Assembly (NCBI GenBank): GCA_964016885.1 | Contig: OZ024743.1 | Coordinates: forward strand, 239,258,001 to 239,322,000 | Direction: 5' to 3' | From: Eledone cirrhosa | Taxonomy: Eukaryota | Length of the DNA: 64,000 nt | Shown here: positions 27,152 to 40,239 of the stretch, in pieces | How the letters are laid out: each line of letters opens with the position of its first letter | How positions within the stretch are numbered: position 1 is the stretch's first letter | Program-made: the position numbers and the translations under genes | The notes under the pieces: model-generated | Database searches by the model: none | Seen by the model: the letters and a program-made list of their open reading frames with translations, nothing else | What the model was told of the DNA's origin: nothing

Positions 27152-28030
27152 CCTCTATCTATACTCTCACTCTATTCATTACCACCAAACTCCCCCCCTC
27201 TCTATATCTAATATACAACACTCTCTCCCAACCACCTTCTCTATATCAATTAGCACTAATCTATCCCCCTCTCTATATGTTCCATACAACAATCTCTCTC
27301 ATTCCCTTTCCCTATATCCATCACTACTAAATGCCACCCCTCTCTATATATACTACACGGAACTCTCTTCAAATACCCCTCTCTATATCAATCAACACCA
27401 ACCTTTCCCCTTCTCTATATCAAATATACAACACACTCTCACAACTACCCTCTCTATATCAATTAACCCCAAACTGTGTCCTCTCTATATCTGCAACATG
27501 GAACTCTTTTCCAATCTCCCTCTCTATATCAAGTAACACAAAACTCTCCCTCTCTATATCTACTACATGGAACTCTCTTCCAAACTCCCTCTCTATATCA
27601 ATTAGCACCAAACTCTTCCCCTCTCTATATGTACTACGCGGACCTCTCTTCCAATCCCTCTCTCTATATCAATAAACATCATTCTCTCCCCCTCTCTATA
27701 TCTAATATACAATACACTCTCCCAACCACCCTCTCTACATCAATTAACACCAAACTATCCCCCTCTCTATATGTTCCATACAACAATCTCTCTCATTCCC
27801 CCTTACTCTATCTATCACTACCAAACTCTCCCCCTCTCTATACCTATCATACCTACCTCTACATATACACTCACTCTATTCATTACCATCAAACTCTTCC
27901 CCTCTCTATATCTACTACATGGAACTCTCTTCCAATCTCCCTCTCTATATCAATTAACACCAAACTCTACCCTCTCTATATCTACTACATGGAACTCTCT
28001 TCCAATCTCCCTCTCTATAACAATTACCAC
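27152..28030. repeat. CT-rich degenerate minisatellite
   Basis: Recurrent ctctctatatc(aattaacaccaaact / tactacatggaactctcttccaat) units; resumes at ~32775-32835 after the Tx1 insertion. Confidence 0.9.
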
Positions 28031-28088
28031 TTGATATAGACGTGATTTACTTTGCTCCGGATTTTTACGGATTGTTGTCAAAAAAACT

Positions 28089-29519
28089 GTGAGTTTATTG
28101 ATCAATTTAATAACATTGTTTGGTTTAGCCCCTTGCCTTGGCCGTCAGACGTTAAGTCAACAAATCTTCGCCCCTTCCTGGGGCGAAATTTTCAATTTTC
28201 ATCTAAAAACTGTAGACTTGGTGGCAATGGATGCCATTTCCACCTCGCACACTGTCGTGAGTGCCACGCCCACTAAGAAAAGTGGTGGAGGGAAGGTAGG
28301 AGTGCAAAGCTTGCAGCCGTCCCCCCTCGCATCATCGAAAAACGTGGAAAATATCGAAACCGCGAAACCAAATCCGGCAAATAATACCAGCACCAACAAC
28401 AAGAACAATGACAACAACACCACAACCAACAACTGCAACAATAGCAACACCAATATTACCAACAGTGACAGTAACACGAAAGACAACAACACCAAAACAA
28501 CATTTACACAGACCGTAAAAAAAAACGAACTATACACGCCAATAGACATAACAAATGCTAAACAGCTATTACAAGACGCAAAACAATTCGTGACTTTTGG
28601 CGAAAACGGTGCTTTTAGCATTAATTCTCCACAGGAATTACGTAGAGGGGCTGTCCTGAAAACTGTGGTTTTCAGGACAATATCGAACGTAACAAGAAAA
28701 CCAGCTCAATTATCACAAAATGAAATTGAGCTGGTTCTAAAAGACGCAATGAAGGACTTAACCTTCAGACATAAAGGTAAACTGTTTGGTAGCATTTCGG
28801 TGCTGATGAACAACCAGTCAACAGCTCAAAAGTACTCGATAGCACCCATTGTGTCCCCCCACTTCACCTTTTACCCCACATACAGGGGAAAAAGGACACA
28901 AAGAATAAAAATGAGTATCACACCAAATGTAAACATTTGGTGGATACTATGTGGAATAATAAACTTTGACGAAGACAAGATAATTTCAATAGGAAAGTCC
29001 TCCGGAGGTGTATTTGGTGGGACCACAGTAGAAGTTCTGGTGCAAATGAGCCCAGAACGAATAGCGAATATCCCACAACGCGTGCCTCTGGACGGGCTAA
29101 CTCATATAAACATTTCAGTGGAGGGAAGGCGGCCGTCATGTTTCCACTGCTTAAGCAGGGGTCACCTGAGGGCTCCCTGTCCTCAATTAACGAGTAAAAA
29201 AAAAAAGGCTCTTCGGCCAACCCCGAACACAACAACACAACCACCACCACCACCACAACAACAACACGGAAAAATAACAACACAAAACACTGTTCCACCC
29301 AACCACTCCCCACCTAAAACAAATACAAAAGCAACCACAACAAAACCCCAAAATATACCCCTCCCCAACAACACGGAAGAGGACTCCGTATCAACGTCAC
29401 CCAGTGACGACGAGGGAGAACCCTTTCAACAGGTGAAAAGGAAAAAAAAAGGCACCACATTAACAAAAATGCCACAAACACACAGCCACCAGCACAAACA
29501 GAACAAACATCACAAATAA
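28089..29519 (+). CDS. Tx1 ORF1 (gag-like, CCHC zinc knuckle); probable C-terminal continuation 29645-29992 after a frameshift
   Basis: VEGRRPSCFHCLSRGHLRAPC; FQQVKRKKK basic motif. Confidence 0.8.
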   Translation: MSLLINLITLFGLAPCLGRQTLSQQIFAPSWGEIFNFHLKTVDLVAMDAISTSHTVVSATPTKKSGGGKVGVQSLQPSPLASSKNVENIETAKPNPANNTSTNNKNNDNNTTTNNCNNSNTNITNSDSNTKDNNTKTTFTQTVKKNELYTPIDITNAKQLLQDAKQFVTFGENGAFSINSPQELRRGAVLKTVVFRTISNVTRKPAQLSQNEIELVLKDAMKDLTFRHKGKLFGSISVLMNNQSTAQKYSIAPIVSPHFTFYPTYRGKRTQRIKMSITPNVNIWWILCGIINFDEDKIISIGKSSGGVFGGTTVEVLVQMSPERIANIPQRVPLDGLTHINISVEGRRPSCFHCLSRGHLRAPCPQLTSKKKKALRPTPNTTTQPPPPPQQQHGKITTQNTVPPNHSPPKTNTKATTTKPQNIPLPNNTEEDSVSTSPSDDEGEPFQQVKRKKKGTTLTKMPQTHSHQHKQNKHHK

Positions 29520-30034
29520 AAAAGCCCACCCCTCCCCAAAACATAACACGTACTATAAAACGCAAACACCCGCAAGAACAACAAACAAAAACAAACACAA
29601 CACAACAAAAACTCTATACATACATTAACAAGAACAATAAAACGTTGATGAAAGCGATAGAAAATAACCCTTCGGTGGAAACCGAAGGGATCACTTTCAC
29701 CTACGCAGCGAACAAACCGCACCTAATGATGATTAGGGTCCCAACGGAAACCTATGTAACTTTGAAAAAGAACCATCCAATGCATGTGGGGACCAACTGC
29801 ACCAAACCACATAACAGCGTCCTATTGAGATGTTTCCCCACCCCCATACCAGACACCCACACCCCACCAAACACCCTAATCCCACCACACACTGATGTCC
29901 TCACCCCACCACAAACCACCACCCCACCAAACAACCCTTCCAACACCCCCATGGAAATTGTGCAGCCTGGCCCCCAGGAGACGAAGAGGTAAGTAATTTC
30001 CTTTCCTCTTCCTTTTTACCTCTTCAGCACCAAC

Positions 30035-32554
30035 ATGGCCAATATAAGAGTTGGATGTGTGAATGCACGCGGCTTGGGGATGTCCTGGAAACAGGGCAAA
30101 CTTTTAAATGACCTCAGGTCGCACAGAGTGGATGTAATGGTTATTTGCGAGTCCAGGATCAGCAACGAGCGCCAACTGGCCCCCATCTTCGACGACTTTG
30201 AGATCTACGCATCTCTCTGTCAGCCGAGGGGTGGGGGTTGGGTTGTCGTTCTGCTGCGAAAATACCTGGGTCTTGCCACACAGAAGGTACACCTGGACCC
30301 GGAGGGTCGACTGGTGGTTTTAGACGTCGGCAGTGGTGAAGGTGGAGCTTTCAGGCTGGTGGCAGCGTATGCCCCATCGGGGACACCGCGACCGGACTTC
30401 TTCCGACGCCTGGAGGCGAAGTCCTGCGAGAGGCCGATTTCAGCCGCTGAAATAGGGGAAGCGCTGAGCCAATGCGGCAAATGCAAATCTCCGGGTCTCG
30501 ATGGTCTACCATACGAACTTTATGTAGCGATGCCGGGCTTGTACTCCGGTCTCCTCGAGGTGGTCTACTGCAACTGGCAACAGAACGGGAGAATTCCCAG
30601 TTCTGTGACTAAGGGCGTAGTCACGCTGGTGAGGAAGGACGAGAACAAGGGGGATGACATAGATAACTTCACGCCCATAACTCTGCTAAACACAGAGTTA
30701 AAGATTTTGGCCAAGGTGTTAGCGAAGAGGTTGGCGCTTGTCGGGAACCTGGTGGGAGAAGCGCAGACATGCGCAATCCCGTCCAGGTCCATACACGACA
30801 ACCTCCACCTCATGCGATACATCGTAGAGAGGGTAGGGAACGAACCCGGCTTTGGTGGGGCCCTGATCAACTTGGATCAATCTAAAGCATTCGATAGGGT
30901 TGCCCATCGGTACCTGGATGCGGTGCTCGCGGCGGCAGGCTTCGGACCCGTTTTCAGGGGCTGGATTGCTGCAATGCACAGCAGCAACACCTCCTCGAGG
31001 GTCAAGGTGAACGGCTACCTCTCGGAGCCGTTCCAAATCACGCGATCCATTCGACAGGGATGCCCTCTCTCCTCCCTCCTGTATGTGCTGGCTCTCGAGC
31101 CACTACTGAGGAAGCTGGAGCTGTTGCAGGGCATCCCCTTGGAACCGGGATTGCGGAAAGCGGTGTCGGCCTACGCCGATGACGTGACAGTAATGGTGTC
31201 GTGCGCCTCGGAAATCGGGCAGATCGGCACCTTACTGGAGGAATATGAAAGGTTCAGAGGAGTCAAGCTGAACCCGGACAAGTCCGTCGGTTTGCAACTC
31301 GGGATGTGGAGAGGCAAAACGATGCCCTCCGACGGCATCGTCGGACGCTGGACGGAGGGACCGGTGAAGCTGCTCGGGGTCTGGTTCGGACCGGACCTCC
31401 AGGTGGAGAAAAACTGGGACGAGGTAACGGGCAAGGTGTTTGCACTCTCCCAGAAGTGGGCCGAGAGCAAACTATCCCTGAAAGGTCGAGCGGAGGTGGC
31501 TAACGCTTATATAGCGTCCATCATCTACTACCGCTTGACCGTCGTGCCTTGCCCAGAGAAAACACTCGCCAAAATGGAGCGCGCGCTCTTCCGATTTCTT
31601 TGGAAGAAGCGGGATCCTTTGGTGAGAAGATCCATCTGCTGTCAACACCCTTCGAACGGAGGGCTGGGTGTGCCGTGGCTGACGATGCGTAGACACGCAT
31701 TAAGGCTACGGCACCTCCAGGTATTCCTCACCGGTCAGCCGGTGTGGGCCCTGTTTGTGAGGCGAGCCTTTCCGAGACTCGTCTCACTCACCGAGCTGCA
31801 ATCCTGGGTCAAGCAAAGACCGAGAAAAGTGGGCGACTGGCACATTGAATGTGCCCAGGCGCTCACGGCCCTCTGGCAAGCGGATCCGGCAATCAGTGGA
31901 GACTCAACCTCAACATTCTATAGAGGGTTGGTGCGCAGTAAGTGCGACGACGCTCTCGGAGAGGCTCTGGGAATGGAGGAAGACGAGCTGGCCAGTCTGT
32001 TCGGTAGGACGTTTGGCCCGGGACCGATGGACAACTTCCCAAAGTCCCTGGCTTGGCAATGTTACCGAGGAGCTCTACCCATTCGGGACAAGCTCTACAG
32101 ACACGGGCGCCCGGGTAGGGACCCCTCGAAGAAGATCTGTCCAAGATACGTGCGTGACGAGGAAACCGTCGCACACGCATTCGTACACTGCCCGGGCGTT
32201 GCTGACCTGTGGGGCTATGTAGAACGACTACTGTCGCAGGTGGGACCAATCCGGTTGACCACCGAGAACATTGTCACAATCAAACCGCCTCCCCCTTTCA
32301 AAAACGAAGGAGAGGCGGTTTTCCTCTGTGTGATAGCCATGGCGAAAGAAGTTGTATGGTGGACAAGGTTGAAAGGGCTGAGGTCAGACACCTATCTCTC
32401 CGGCCAACAACTGGTCATTTTTTTCAAGTACCACTTTAGAAGAAGGATCAGAATGGAGAGAGAGGTGCTCTACTCCAGCAAGTTTTATGAAAGATGGGTG
32501 AAAGTAGCGAGAATGGCCCGAGTGAATGGGCCTTCTCTCTATATCAGCCTGTAG
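30035..32554 (+). CDS. Tx1 ORF2 reverse transcriptase with internally deleted AP endonuclease (839 aa, open)
   Basis: CVNARGL, ICES; SPGLDG, LDQSKAFDRV, IRQGCPLS, AYADD; C-terminal CP...ETVAHAFVHC. Confidence 0.92.
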   Translation: MANIRVGCVNARGLGMSWKQGKLLNDLRSHRVDVMVICESRISNERQLAPIFDDFEIYASLCQPRGGGWVVVLLRKYLGLATQKVHLDPEGRLVVLDVGSGEGGAFRLVAAYAPSGTPRPDFFRRLEAKSCERPISAAEIGEALSQCGKCKSPGLDGLPYELYVAMPGLYSGLLEVVYCNWQQNGRIPSSVTKGVVTLVRKDENKGDDIDNFTPITLLNTELKILAKVLAKRLALVGNLVGEAQTCAIPSRSIHDNLHLMRYIVERVGNEPGFGGALINLDQSKAFDRVAHRYLDAVLAAAGFGPVFRGWIAAMHSSNTSSRVKVNGYLSEPFQITRSIRQGCPLSSLLYVLALEPLLRKLELLQGIPLEPGLRKAVSAYADDVTVMVSCASEIGQIGTLLEEYERFRGVKLNPDKSVGLQLGMWRGKTMPSDGIVGRWTEGPVKLLGVWFGPDLQVEKNWDEVTGKVFALSQKWAESKLSLKGRAEVANAYIASIIYYRLTVVPCPEKTLAKMERALFRFLWKKRDPLVRRSICCQHPSNGGLGVPWLTMRRHALRLRHLQVFLTGQPVWALFVRRAFPRLVSLTELQSWVKQRPRKVGDWHIECAQALTALWQADPAISGDSTSTFYRGLVRSKCDDALGEALGMEEDELASLFGRTFGPGPMDNFPKSLAWQCYRGALPIRDKLYRHGRPGRDPSKKICPRYVRDEETVAHAFVHCPGVADLWGYVERLLSQVGPIRLTTENIVTIKPPPPFKNEGEAVFLCVIAMAKEVVWWTRLKGLRSDTYLSGQQLVIFFKYHFRRRIRMEREVLYSSKFYERWVKVARMARVNGPSLYISL

Positions 32555-35500
32555 GTGAGAGAGGAGAAGAGGAAGCAAGCACCCACTCTTTGTGCTCCCG
32601 AAGAGGAGGGTTGCACATTTTTTCGGGGTGGTGTGCGACCCATGTCAACGCCCCTCCCTATTGAGGACATCGATTGTTAAATTTAATTTGTTATATGTTT
32701 TTTACACGTATGTAAACTCCCCCCTTTGTATTTATCCCAATCTTTGATGCCCTGGTGGCAAATAAATAGAAATATATATCAATTTGCACCAAACTCTCCC
32801 TCTCTTTATACCTATATCTCCCATTTATCTCTATATAACATATACATAAATTGTAGCGCATATACAAATAGATGCGTGTTTTGGTATTTTGGGAAGAAAA
32901 ATATAATTATGGGGTGGCGTGGGGGGCTTTCTCCTTTTCCCACTACCACAGTTCCACCACCCCTGTGGGTGATGCTGAAGCTATATATGCGTTCATGAGA
33001 GCACTTCGCTCACACGCGTTCGTACAAGTGAGGGTGTTCGTTTACATACGAGCACATACATGTATTATGTGTGTGTAGTTTATTAGTTTATTCTTCGAAA
33101 TGTAAAATATACAATGCACGCTATTCATAAATACGATTCGTCAAGTATTAACAATTTTAATCGTTTTCTGCACAGGATTATACACCATCACTATAGCCAA
33201 CCACCTCCGGTGCAAATGGTGTGTTTTAACAGTGTTGCTTGCCTAAAAGGAACTTAATGTAAAAATAAAAAAACCTAGATAATTCTGCAATTGACAATTC
33301 CCCTGTTCTTGGATATTTAGAAACATGTAAGAATCAAGAGAAATATGGTACCTTCACCCACTTTATAACCATACTTGACATGGGTTTATGATATTTGTAT
33401 TTGCAATTATAACTTTGTTTGCGTTGGTGTGAATGTAATTCTGGTATATATACAGGCATTGACAATCACGTTTAATATATACACAACTATTTACGTACAT
33501 AAGTTTATGTGTGTGAAAATATTTGGACATCTGCGTTTACGTATTTTATGTCAAATACCACTCTTTTTGCTGCATACTTACATGCCAAATGTCAAAATGT
33601 CTTCTGCAATCAATCATGAACAATACGAGTCCGTCTGTTAGCGCCAGGGTATTTCACAGTTCTATAAAACAATCATATCTGTATGTATACATATCACTTG
33701 TGACTTACGTTACTTGGACTTGGTACGATTTTATTTTTACAAACTCTTGTAAATATTCAAATGTGTGTAAAATATTTCAATCTAACCATCTCACTATAAT
33801 CTAATGTAACTTAACTTGAAAATAATTTTTGTATGGGTTCGTATACCTCGAGTACACGACAACTAGCCATATCGCGAAATCTTACTCGATTGTTTAAGTT
33901 TATAAGTATAGTGTTTTAAAATATAGCGTTGGGTGATTGATATATCGGGGAGATGTAGTGTATTTATAGTATTCAAAATTATTCTGATATCGAGCTCCAG
34001 CAACTCTGCCATAGATTAGTTTCACATGATTCAGACAATAACACTCTACAGATTCACCCAGTTCGATATAATAGACTCTTATCCTTCCATTTCAAACCAC
34101 TTTCCTTACTAAAAAAAAATCATTCCCATAGATCTGGCCTGTACAGAGACGATGTCCCAGCAATTGCAAGCTAAATGAACAGATACACCATGCATATGTT
34201 TAGAAGACATTGCGATGCCGCAAACTGAAGAGAGAAAATATATGTATTCCTATGCGTATGTATAAGTGTTTATGTGTGCATAAATGTATTTGATTGTTTG
34301 TAGGTTTATTTTGTGTGTGTTTGTATTCGTTTGCACACGCTTGTGTGTTCGTTTATGTTTGAGGTTTTTCGTTTGTGTGTGGGGGTGGAGGCTTTTTTAT
34401 GCCTACATTCTTTGTCAATGTGTTTGATCTTGATTTGCCATATATCAATTCTGATCAAAGAGACATGGGAATGAAGGATTTCACCAAGTCTTTAGACAGC
34501 AGTCCATCTAAGTAAGGAGACCCGCAAGGTGGGTTGACTGGTGCAGCATGTGTTGATGGCCATCGTCAACAGAAATGTATTTGCCAGTTTGTAGGATGTG
34601 GGCAGCCGAAATACCTCTATGACTTAGGTGTAGAGTATACCCCACCCCCTTCCCCGTTTCTTTCTTCCTTTGTCTAATAGTCTTAGCTCTTCCCCTCCTT
34701 TTCCTTTCGTTTATGACATTTCCAGTCCTTTCCAATACTTCTCTCTTTTTCTGTGTTTATATAACTCCACTACGAAATAAAATTTTGTTAGACAGGGGGA
34801 TTTCAATGTGAATTCGGGGTGATTTCTAGTAAGCTGAGCAAGCCTGTTGAGGCTATCTTGCATTTGGGTTTGTGTTTGCGTTTGTGTGAGTGTATTATTG
34901 AGGAGAGGACATTTTCTGTGTGAGTTCGAGTGATATTTCTATATTGTGTGTAATTATGAGTTTGTATGTGAAAGTATATTACTGTGAATGTATGTTTGTG
35001 TTTGTGTGAGTGAATTACTGTGTGTGTGTGTATGTGGGGGGGGGGGGGTATTTTATGTGTGTATTTGTATGATATTGCTTCATTGTATTTGATTGCGTGT
35101 TTGTGTAAGCATGTGTCTGTTCGCGTGTTTTGTTTCTGCATTTGTGAATATGCGTGAATGTATATGAGAATGAAATAGAAAAGGAAAGGGGGTTTGAGAA
35201 GGGTGAATGTAGAATAATTACAGCAACACTGTGAGAGGGAGTGGTTGATGGTAAGGATAGATAGTGAGAGTGCGGGAGTGAGAGAAAAGGGAAGAGACAG
35301 TAGGCTAGGGAGTGTGTGCGTGTACATATGAGAGAGATGGATAGATAGGAAGTAAAGTAGGTAGGTTGATAGATAGATAGGTAAATAAATATATATATGT
35401 AAAAACACAGAACGATAGGCAGGCAGATAGATAAGTAGGTGGGTAGGTAGGTAAAAAGATAGAATAAATGAATAGATAGATAGATTGAAATGTAGACAGA

Positions 35501-35689
35501 TAGATAGATAGATAGATAGATAGATAAATAGTTAGATAGAATGAATGATAGCGAGAATGGGAGTGTATGAAAGTGGTTGAAATATTTGGTATGACGCGGC
35601 TGTAGTAATTAGAAAATACATTCTGTTTAATAATGCAAGAAAATGTGTGTGTGTGTGGGGTGGGGGGGGGTGCAATACTTGTGGTGGTG

Positions 35690-36900
35690 ACGGTAGTGCT
35701 GGTGGTGATGGTAATGGTGGTGGTGTTATTGACAGGAGTGGTAGTGGTGTTGTTGGTGACAGTAGCGGTAGTGGTAGTGGTAATGGTGGTGGTGTATTTG
35801 GTGATGGTATATGTGGCGATGTCAGTGACAGTAGTGGTAGCTGTGGTGACTGTAGTGGTAATGTTGGTGACAGAAGTGGCAGTGGCTTGGGTAACAGTAA
35901 TGGTGTTGGTGACAGTAGTGGTAGCTGTGGTGACTGTAGTGGTAATGTTGGTGACAGAAGTGGCAGTGGTTTGGGTAACAGTAATGGTGTTGGTGACAGT
36001 AGTGGTAGCTGTGGTAACTCTAGTGGTAATGTTGGTGACAGAAGTGGCAGTGGTTTGGGTAACAGTAATGCTGTTGGTGACAGTAGTGGTAGCTGTGGTG
36101 ACTGTAGTGGTAATGGTGTTTATGACAGAAGTGGCAGTGGTTTCGATAACAGTAATAGTGTAGGCGATAGTAGTGGTAGTTGTATTGACTGTAGTGATAA
36201 TGGTGTTTATGAAAGAAGTGGTAGTGGTTCAAGTAGTGGTGGTGGTGTTGGGGTTGGTAACAGTAGCGGTAGTAATGGTGACAGAGGTGGTGGTAATATA
36301 GGTGGTGGGTACACTAGTTGTGGTAGATTTGTTGACGATAGTGGTGATGGTTGTGGTGACAGCTTTACCTTTGGTGTTACTAGTGGTGGGGAATCATATT
36401 CGGAGGTGGAGTGGTGTCGTCGATTGCTGAAGTAGTAATGATGTAGTTTTGGTTGTAGTGGTGTTTTGATAACCGTAGTGGTCACAGCATAATGTGGTGC
36501 TGATGGTAATGAGAATGGTACTGAGGGTAACGGCCTGTGGTATTTGTAATGCCGTTGCTGTTGTTGATAGCCATGCTGCATGGGGTGGTGGCGGTGGTAT
36601 TGGTGTTAATGGTATTTGTTGTGATAGTGGAAGACGGTGGTGCTGATGGTGATAGTGCAGTCGTTAGTGGTACATAGTCGTAGTGGGGGGGGGGTGATTG
36701 TGCTGGTAGTGGTGCTGATGGCGATAATGGTGATAGTGCAGTTGTTAGTGGCATATAGCCGTAGTGAGGATGATGTTGCTGGTGGTGGTTTAATAGTTGA
36801 TAATTTAAGGAGGTGGTATGATGGTAGATGTAGTATTGCGATGGTAGTATAGGAATGGTGTAGCATTGTGATATATTATGATAGTAGTAATGGTGTTGTT
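35690..36900. repeat. GGT/AGT-rich low-complexity tract with an 84-bp higher-order tandem repeat
   Basis: gtgacagtagtggtag recurs at 35825, 35909, 35993, 36077 and degenerately ~36161. Confidence 0.9.
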
Positions 36901-37984
36901 TTTGTGGTGGTGGTAAAAGAAAATCTTCACAGTTATACTGGGAATATGTTTTCGTACAAAGCAAATTAGCGACAGGGCTCAATCAATAATAGAGAAAATG
37001 ATTTTAATTTAGATAACACACATGCACGCACAAATATATACATGCATACATGCACACACATACACACATATACATACTTATATACATATATAAGCACATA
37101 CATACATATATGCATACATACATATACACATACAAATACAAATGCATACATACACAGACACAAATAAATTCATAGATATATAGGCATGTTTGTAGCCTTG
37201 TTTTGAAAATGATTGGATTTCTAAGTAGGGTAATTTTTTCTGACCCGGGACGCTGGGTCTATAATGCTGGACGTTTGTGCCACAACAGGAGCAGGGTGTT
37301 TGACACTTTTCTGGGAACGTCAAAAGTTTTAGCACTAAAGGGTGATGGGGATATCATTTCAGACGTATTTATGGATTGTGTGGGGCTAGTAGATAAGTAA
37401 CTCGGGTGTAAAATATTGCAGCCTACACAGAAAATCGATTGACAGGTTCATGTAAGTTGAACGCGTCGTTACCATCACACAGAGCCAAGAGAGATTGAAT
37501 TAAATAACTTGTTTAGTGGTAGTCACCGGGGAAAATTGACAGTGTTTGACGCGTCTGAGAGGACTGAAGACAGAGACATTATTCATCAAAGTTTTTTAAT
37601 TTTACTTGGAAAGGAAGAAAAGAGTAGAGTGAGAAGTGCTGATATTAGTCTCCCGAAAATTACTTGTGTGGTAGGTGAAAGTTTCGAATATGACTGGAGA
37701 GAACGGTCCTAATCTGAGTATACACATGTAGGCCGGTAGGTGTTAGCTGAGAGATGGCACTTGTCCTTGGTACACATGGTAAGTTAGGCTTTGGGGGCTT
37801 TCCTTGATTAGCCCTAAAAAACTACCCCCCCCCCCCCCCCCCTCCGCCACATTGATGACATTTATTTGGTTATTTTTAGTTATTCTTTGTATTAATTAAT
37901 TCATTTTTGTACTACTTCTAACCCATCAACACACTCAGTGTTTGTATCTTTGTAGCAGACAAAGTTTTCTTCTCATTATTATTT

Positions 37985-38275
37985 AGTTTTGCCATTCATT
38001 CTTACGGGGTCTATAAAATAAAGAACCAGTAATGCACTGGCGTCGATTTAATCGACTTTCCCCTCCCCTTCAAATTGCTGGCCTTCTGCCAAAAGTAGAA
38101 ACAATTGTTATTTTGAGCTGAACCGTTAGAAACTTGAATAAAATGCCTCACGCGCTATGTACCATTTCTTTACTCTGCTTTCAAATCCTGTCGTGGTCAA
38201 CTTTGTTTTTCATCATTCTAGGTTCCATGATATAAATGTCCAGTCAACTAATGTGATCGATGTAATTATTTTATC
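37985..38275 (+). mobile_element. Two adjacent SINE fragments
   Basis: Reverse-orientation matches to the 15.8/25.2 kb SINE (cattcttacggggtc, aattgctggccttctgccaaaagtagaa). Confidence 0.7.
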
Positions 38276-38712
38276 CCTTACTTATGCTATATTTATTTAA
38301 CTTATTTATTATCATTTCCTCTGGTAAATTACAATGTCACTGCTATCACATTGGCATAAACATTTCTGTTTTTCGCCAATGTTACAGATCGCTATTATTA
38401 TGATATCGCTTACTCATGTAAACTGAAAAGTTAAAAATACCCATATTGCCTGATCTCAGTGGTGGATCGACCGATTATTAATTAAACTTTTTGAAGTCAT
38501 AGCGATATGTTTATCTCATTATGGCTTTGTTTTCTGTTTGATATTCAGTTAAAGTTCAACGCATGCTGTGATTGTTTTTAAGCTCGTATTTTTCCTGTCC
38601 ATTACGTTTAACTTATTTCTATCTGTCTACACATACGTATAATATAAAAATGTATTGAAAACATATTGCGAATATATCTGACAATATTAACAATATTTAT
38701 GCCAAACGTTAC

Positions 38713-38774
<62 letters not shown>

Positions 38775-38904
38775 AAGCGTGTGGTAAAATACCAGGTGGA
38801 CCATAACCCACCAGAGTCTTCGATACTCGGGATAGTAGAGTGGGTAATATGAAAAGATCCAGAACCCCGACGGCTGAGCTCCAGCCGTTTTGACAGCTAG
38901 ATCT

Positions 38905-38972
<68 letters not shown>

Positions 38973-38983
38973 TGTATGTATGT

Positions 38984-39045
<62 letters not shown>

Positions 39046-39490
39046 CAAATTAGCAAATAAGAGGAGAAAGGAGCTACGTGCGTCCGAAATAATATTTCAA
39101 AACTGTCAACTGGTACAAAACTCCGCGATCACCGACCGTGGAAATGGACGCACACATTTTTGACCACTACCGAATATACTACTGATCTATTTGGAGTCAC
39201 TGTGTCTAACAAGTCAGACAAGTCCTGTCCTGGAGTATGTTACAGTATAAAAGCAAAACAGAAATTACGTGAAATTATCTATTAAATGTATATTTAAGGC
39301 GAATAATGTGTAACGAAGCGGGAGAGTTAGAATCATGGCGACGAAAATAAACACACAGCAATTAACTGGCATACAGGGGAACGTGAGATGGAAACCATAA
39401 GCAGACAGCGCAAAAAACACCGACGAAATAACGAGACAATAATCACGTAAGGGGAGAAGAATGGTCACGGAAAAGAAGTTGAAGTCTATG

Positions 39491-39548
<58 letters not shown>

Positions 39549-40084
39549 AAGGGCGGAAGAACTCATAAGAGTCAACGGCCATCCAAAAATGTGTAAATAT
39601 GTATATACACATGTACATGTGTATGTGTATGTATGTGCGCGGGGACATAGAAATAGTCGGGCTGGATACCCGATCGCGCGGTTAAACCACTGGGAGTGAA
39701 GGACCCCTAGCCTTTGTCAGGAAACTGGAATAACTCCGACATAAAACCTGCGGCTCAGTAGTTACCGATGATGTTGATCTTTTCTGCTTTTCGGGTTATA
39801 GCTACTGTCGCAGGCATTGCACAATGGAATTAATTAATAATTACTAATAATGGTATATCGTGCAATGGCCATACTCGATAACGAGGAGGCAGCCATCATA
39901 TATATATACATATATATATATATACACTCACACATATATAATATATAATATATAATATATATATATAATACGTACATATATACATATATATATATATATA
40001 TAAACAGTCGATCGACTTTCGTCAAATCGAACCGAGGTAACAATGTTTCCGTTGGTCTTTCCAATTGCTAATACTATATATCGG

Positions 40085-40212
40085 TCGCAACTCCAGGTAG
40101 AAGGAGCAACGTGAAAATAAAGTGTCTTGCTCAAGGACATAACACATTGCCCGGTCCAGGATTGAACTCACATCCTCGCGATTGCGAATCCAATTCTCTA
40201 ACCACTTGGCCA
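40085..40212 (-). mobile_element. tRNA-derived SINE fragment
   Basis: ggagcaacgtgaaaataaagtgtcttgctcaaggac...attgaactcac shared with 14.55-14.66 kb. Confidence 0.75.
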
Positions 40213-40239
40213 TATAATATATATATTTATATATCATAT

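Larger units (their letters stand above)
28035..32770 (+). mobile_element. Tx1/L1-clade LINE, copy 1
   Basis: ORF1 with zinc knuckle, ORF2 APE-RT-zinc finger, 3' UTR with AATAAA. Confidence 0.92.

Noticed and set aside
27152-28030. CRISPR-like or coding repeat array
   Set aside because: Degenerate minisatellite without unique spacers; eukaryotic context
35647-36435. 262-aa Gly/Ser/Cys repeat protein (structural-protein-like)
   Set aside because: Arises from a GGT/AGT minisatellite open in several frames; no ATG or signal context
37200-37800. Possible ancient minus-strand RT fragment (SANTYRPT)
   Set aside because: Only one weak motif; cannot be supported without a search
39645-39830. GC-rich stretch resembling a LINE 5' UTR or ribozyme
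   Set aside because: No consistent HDV or HHR pairing found by eye
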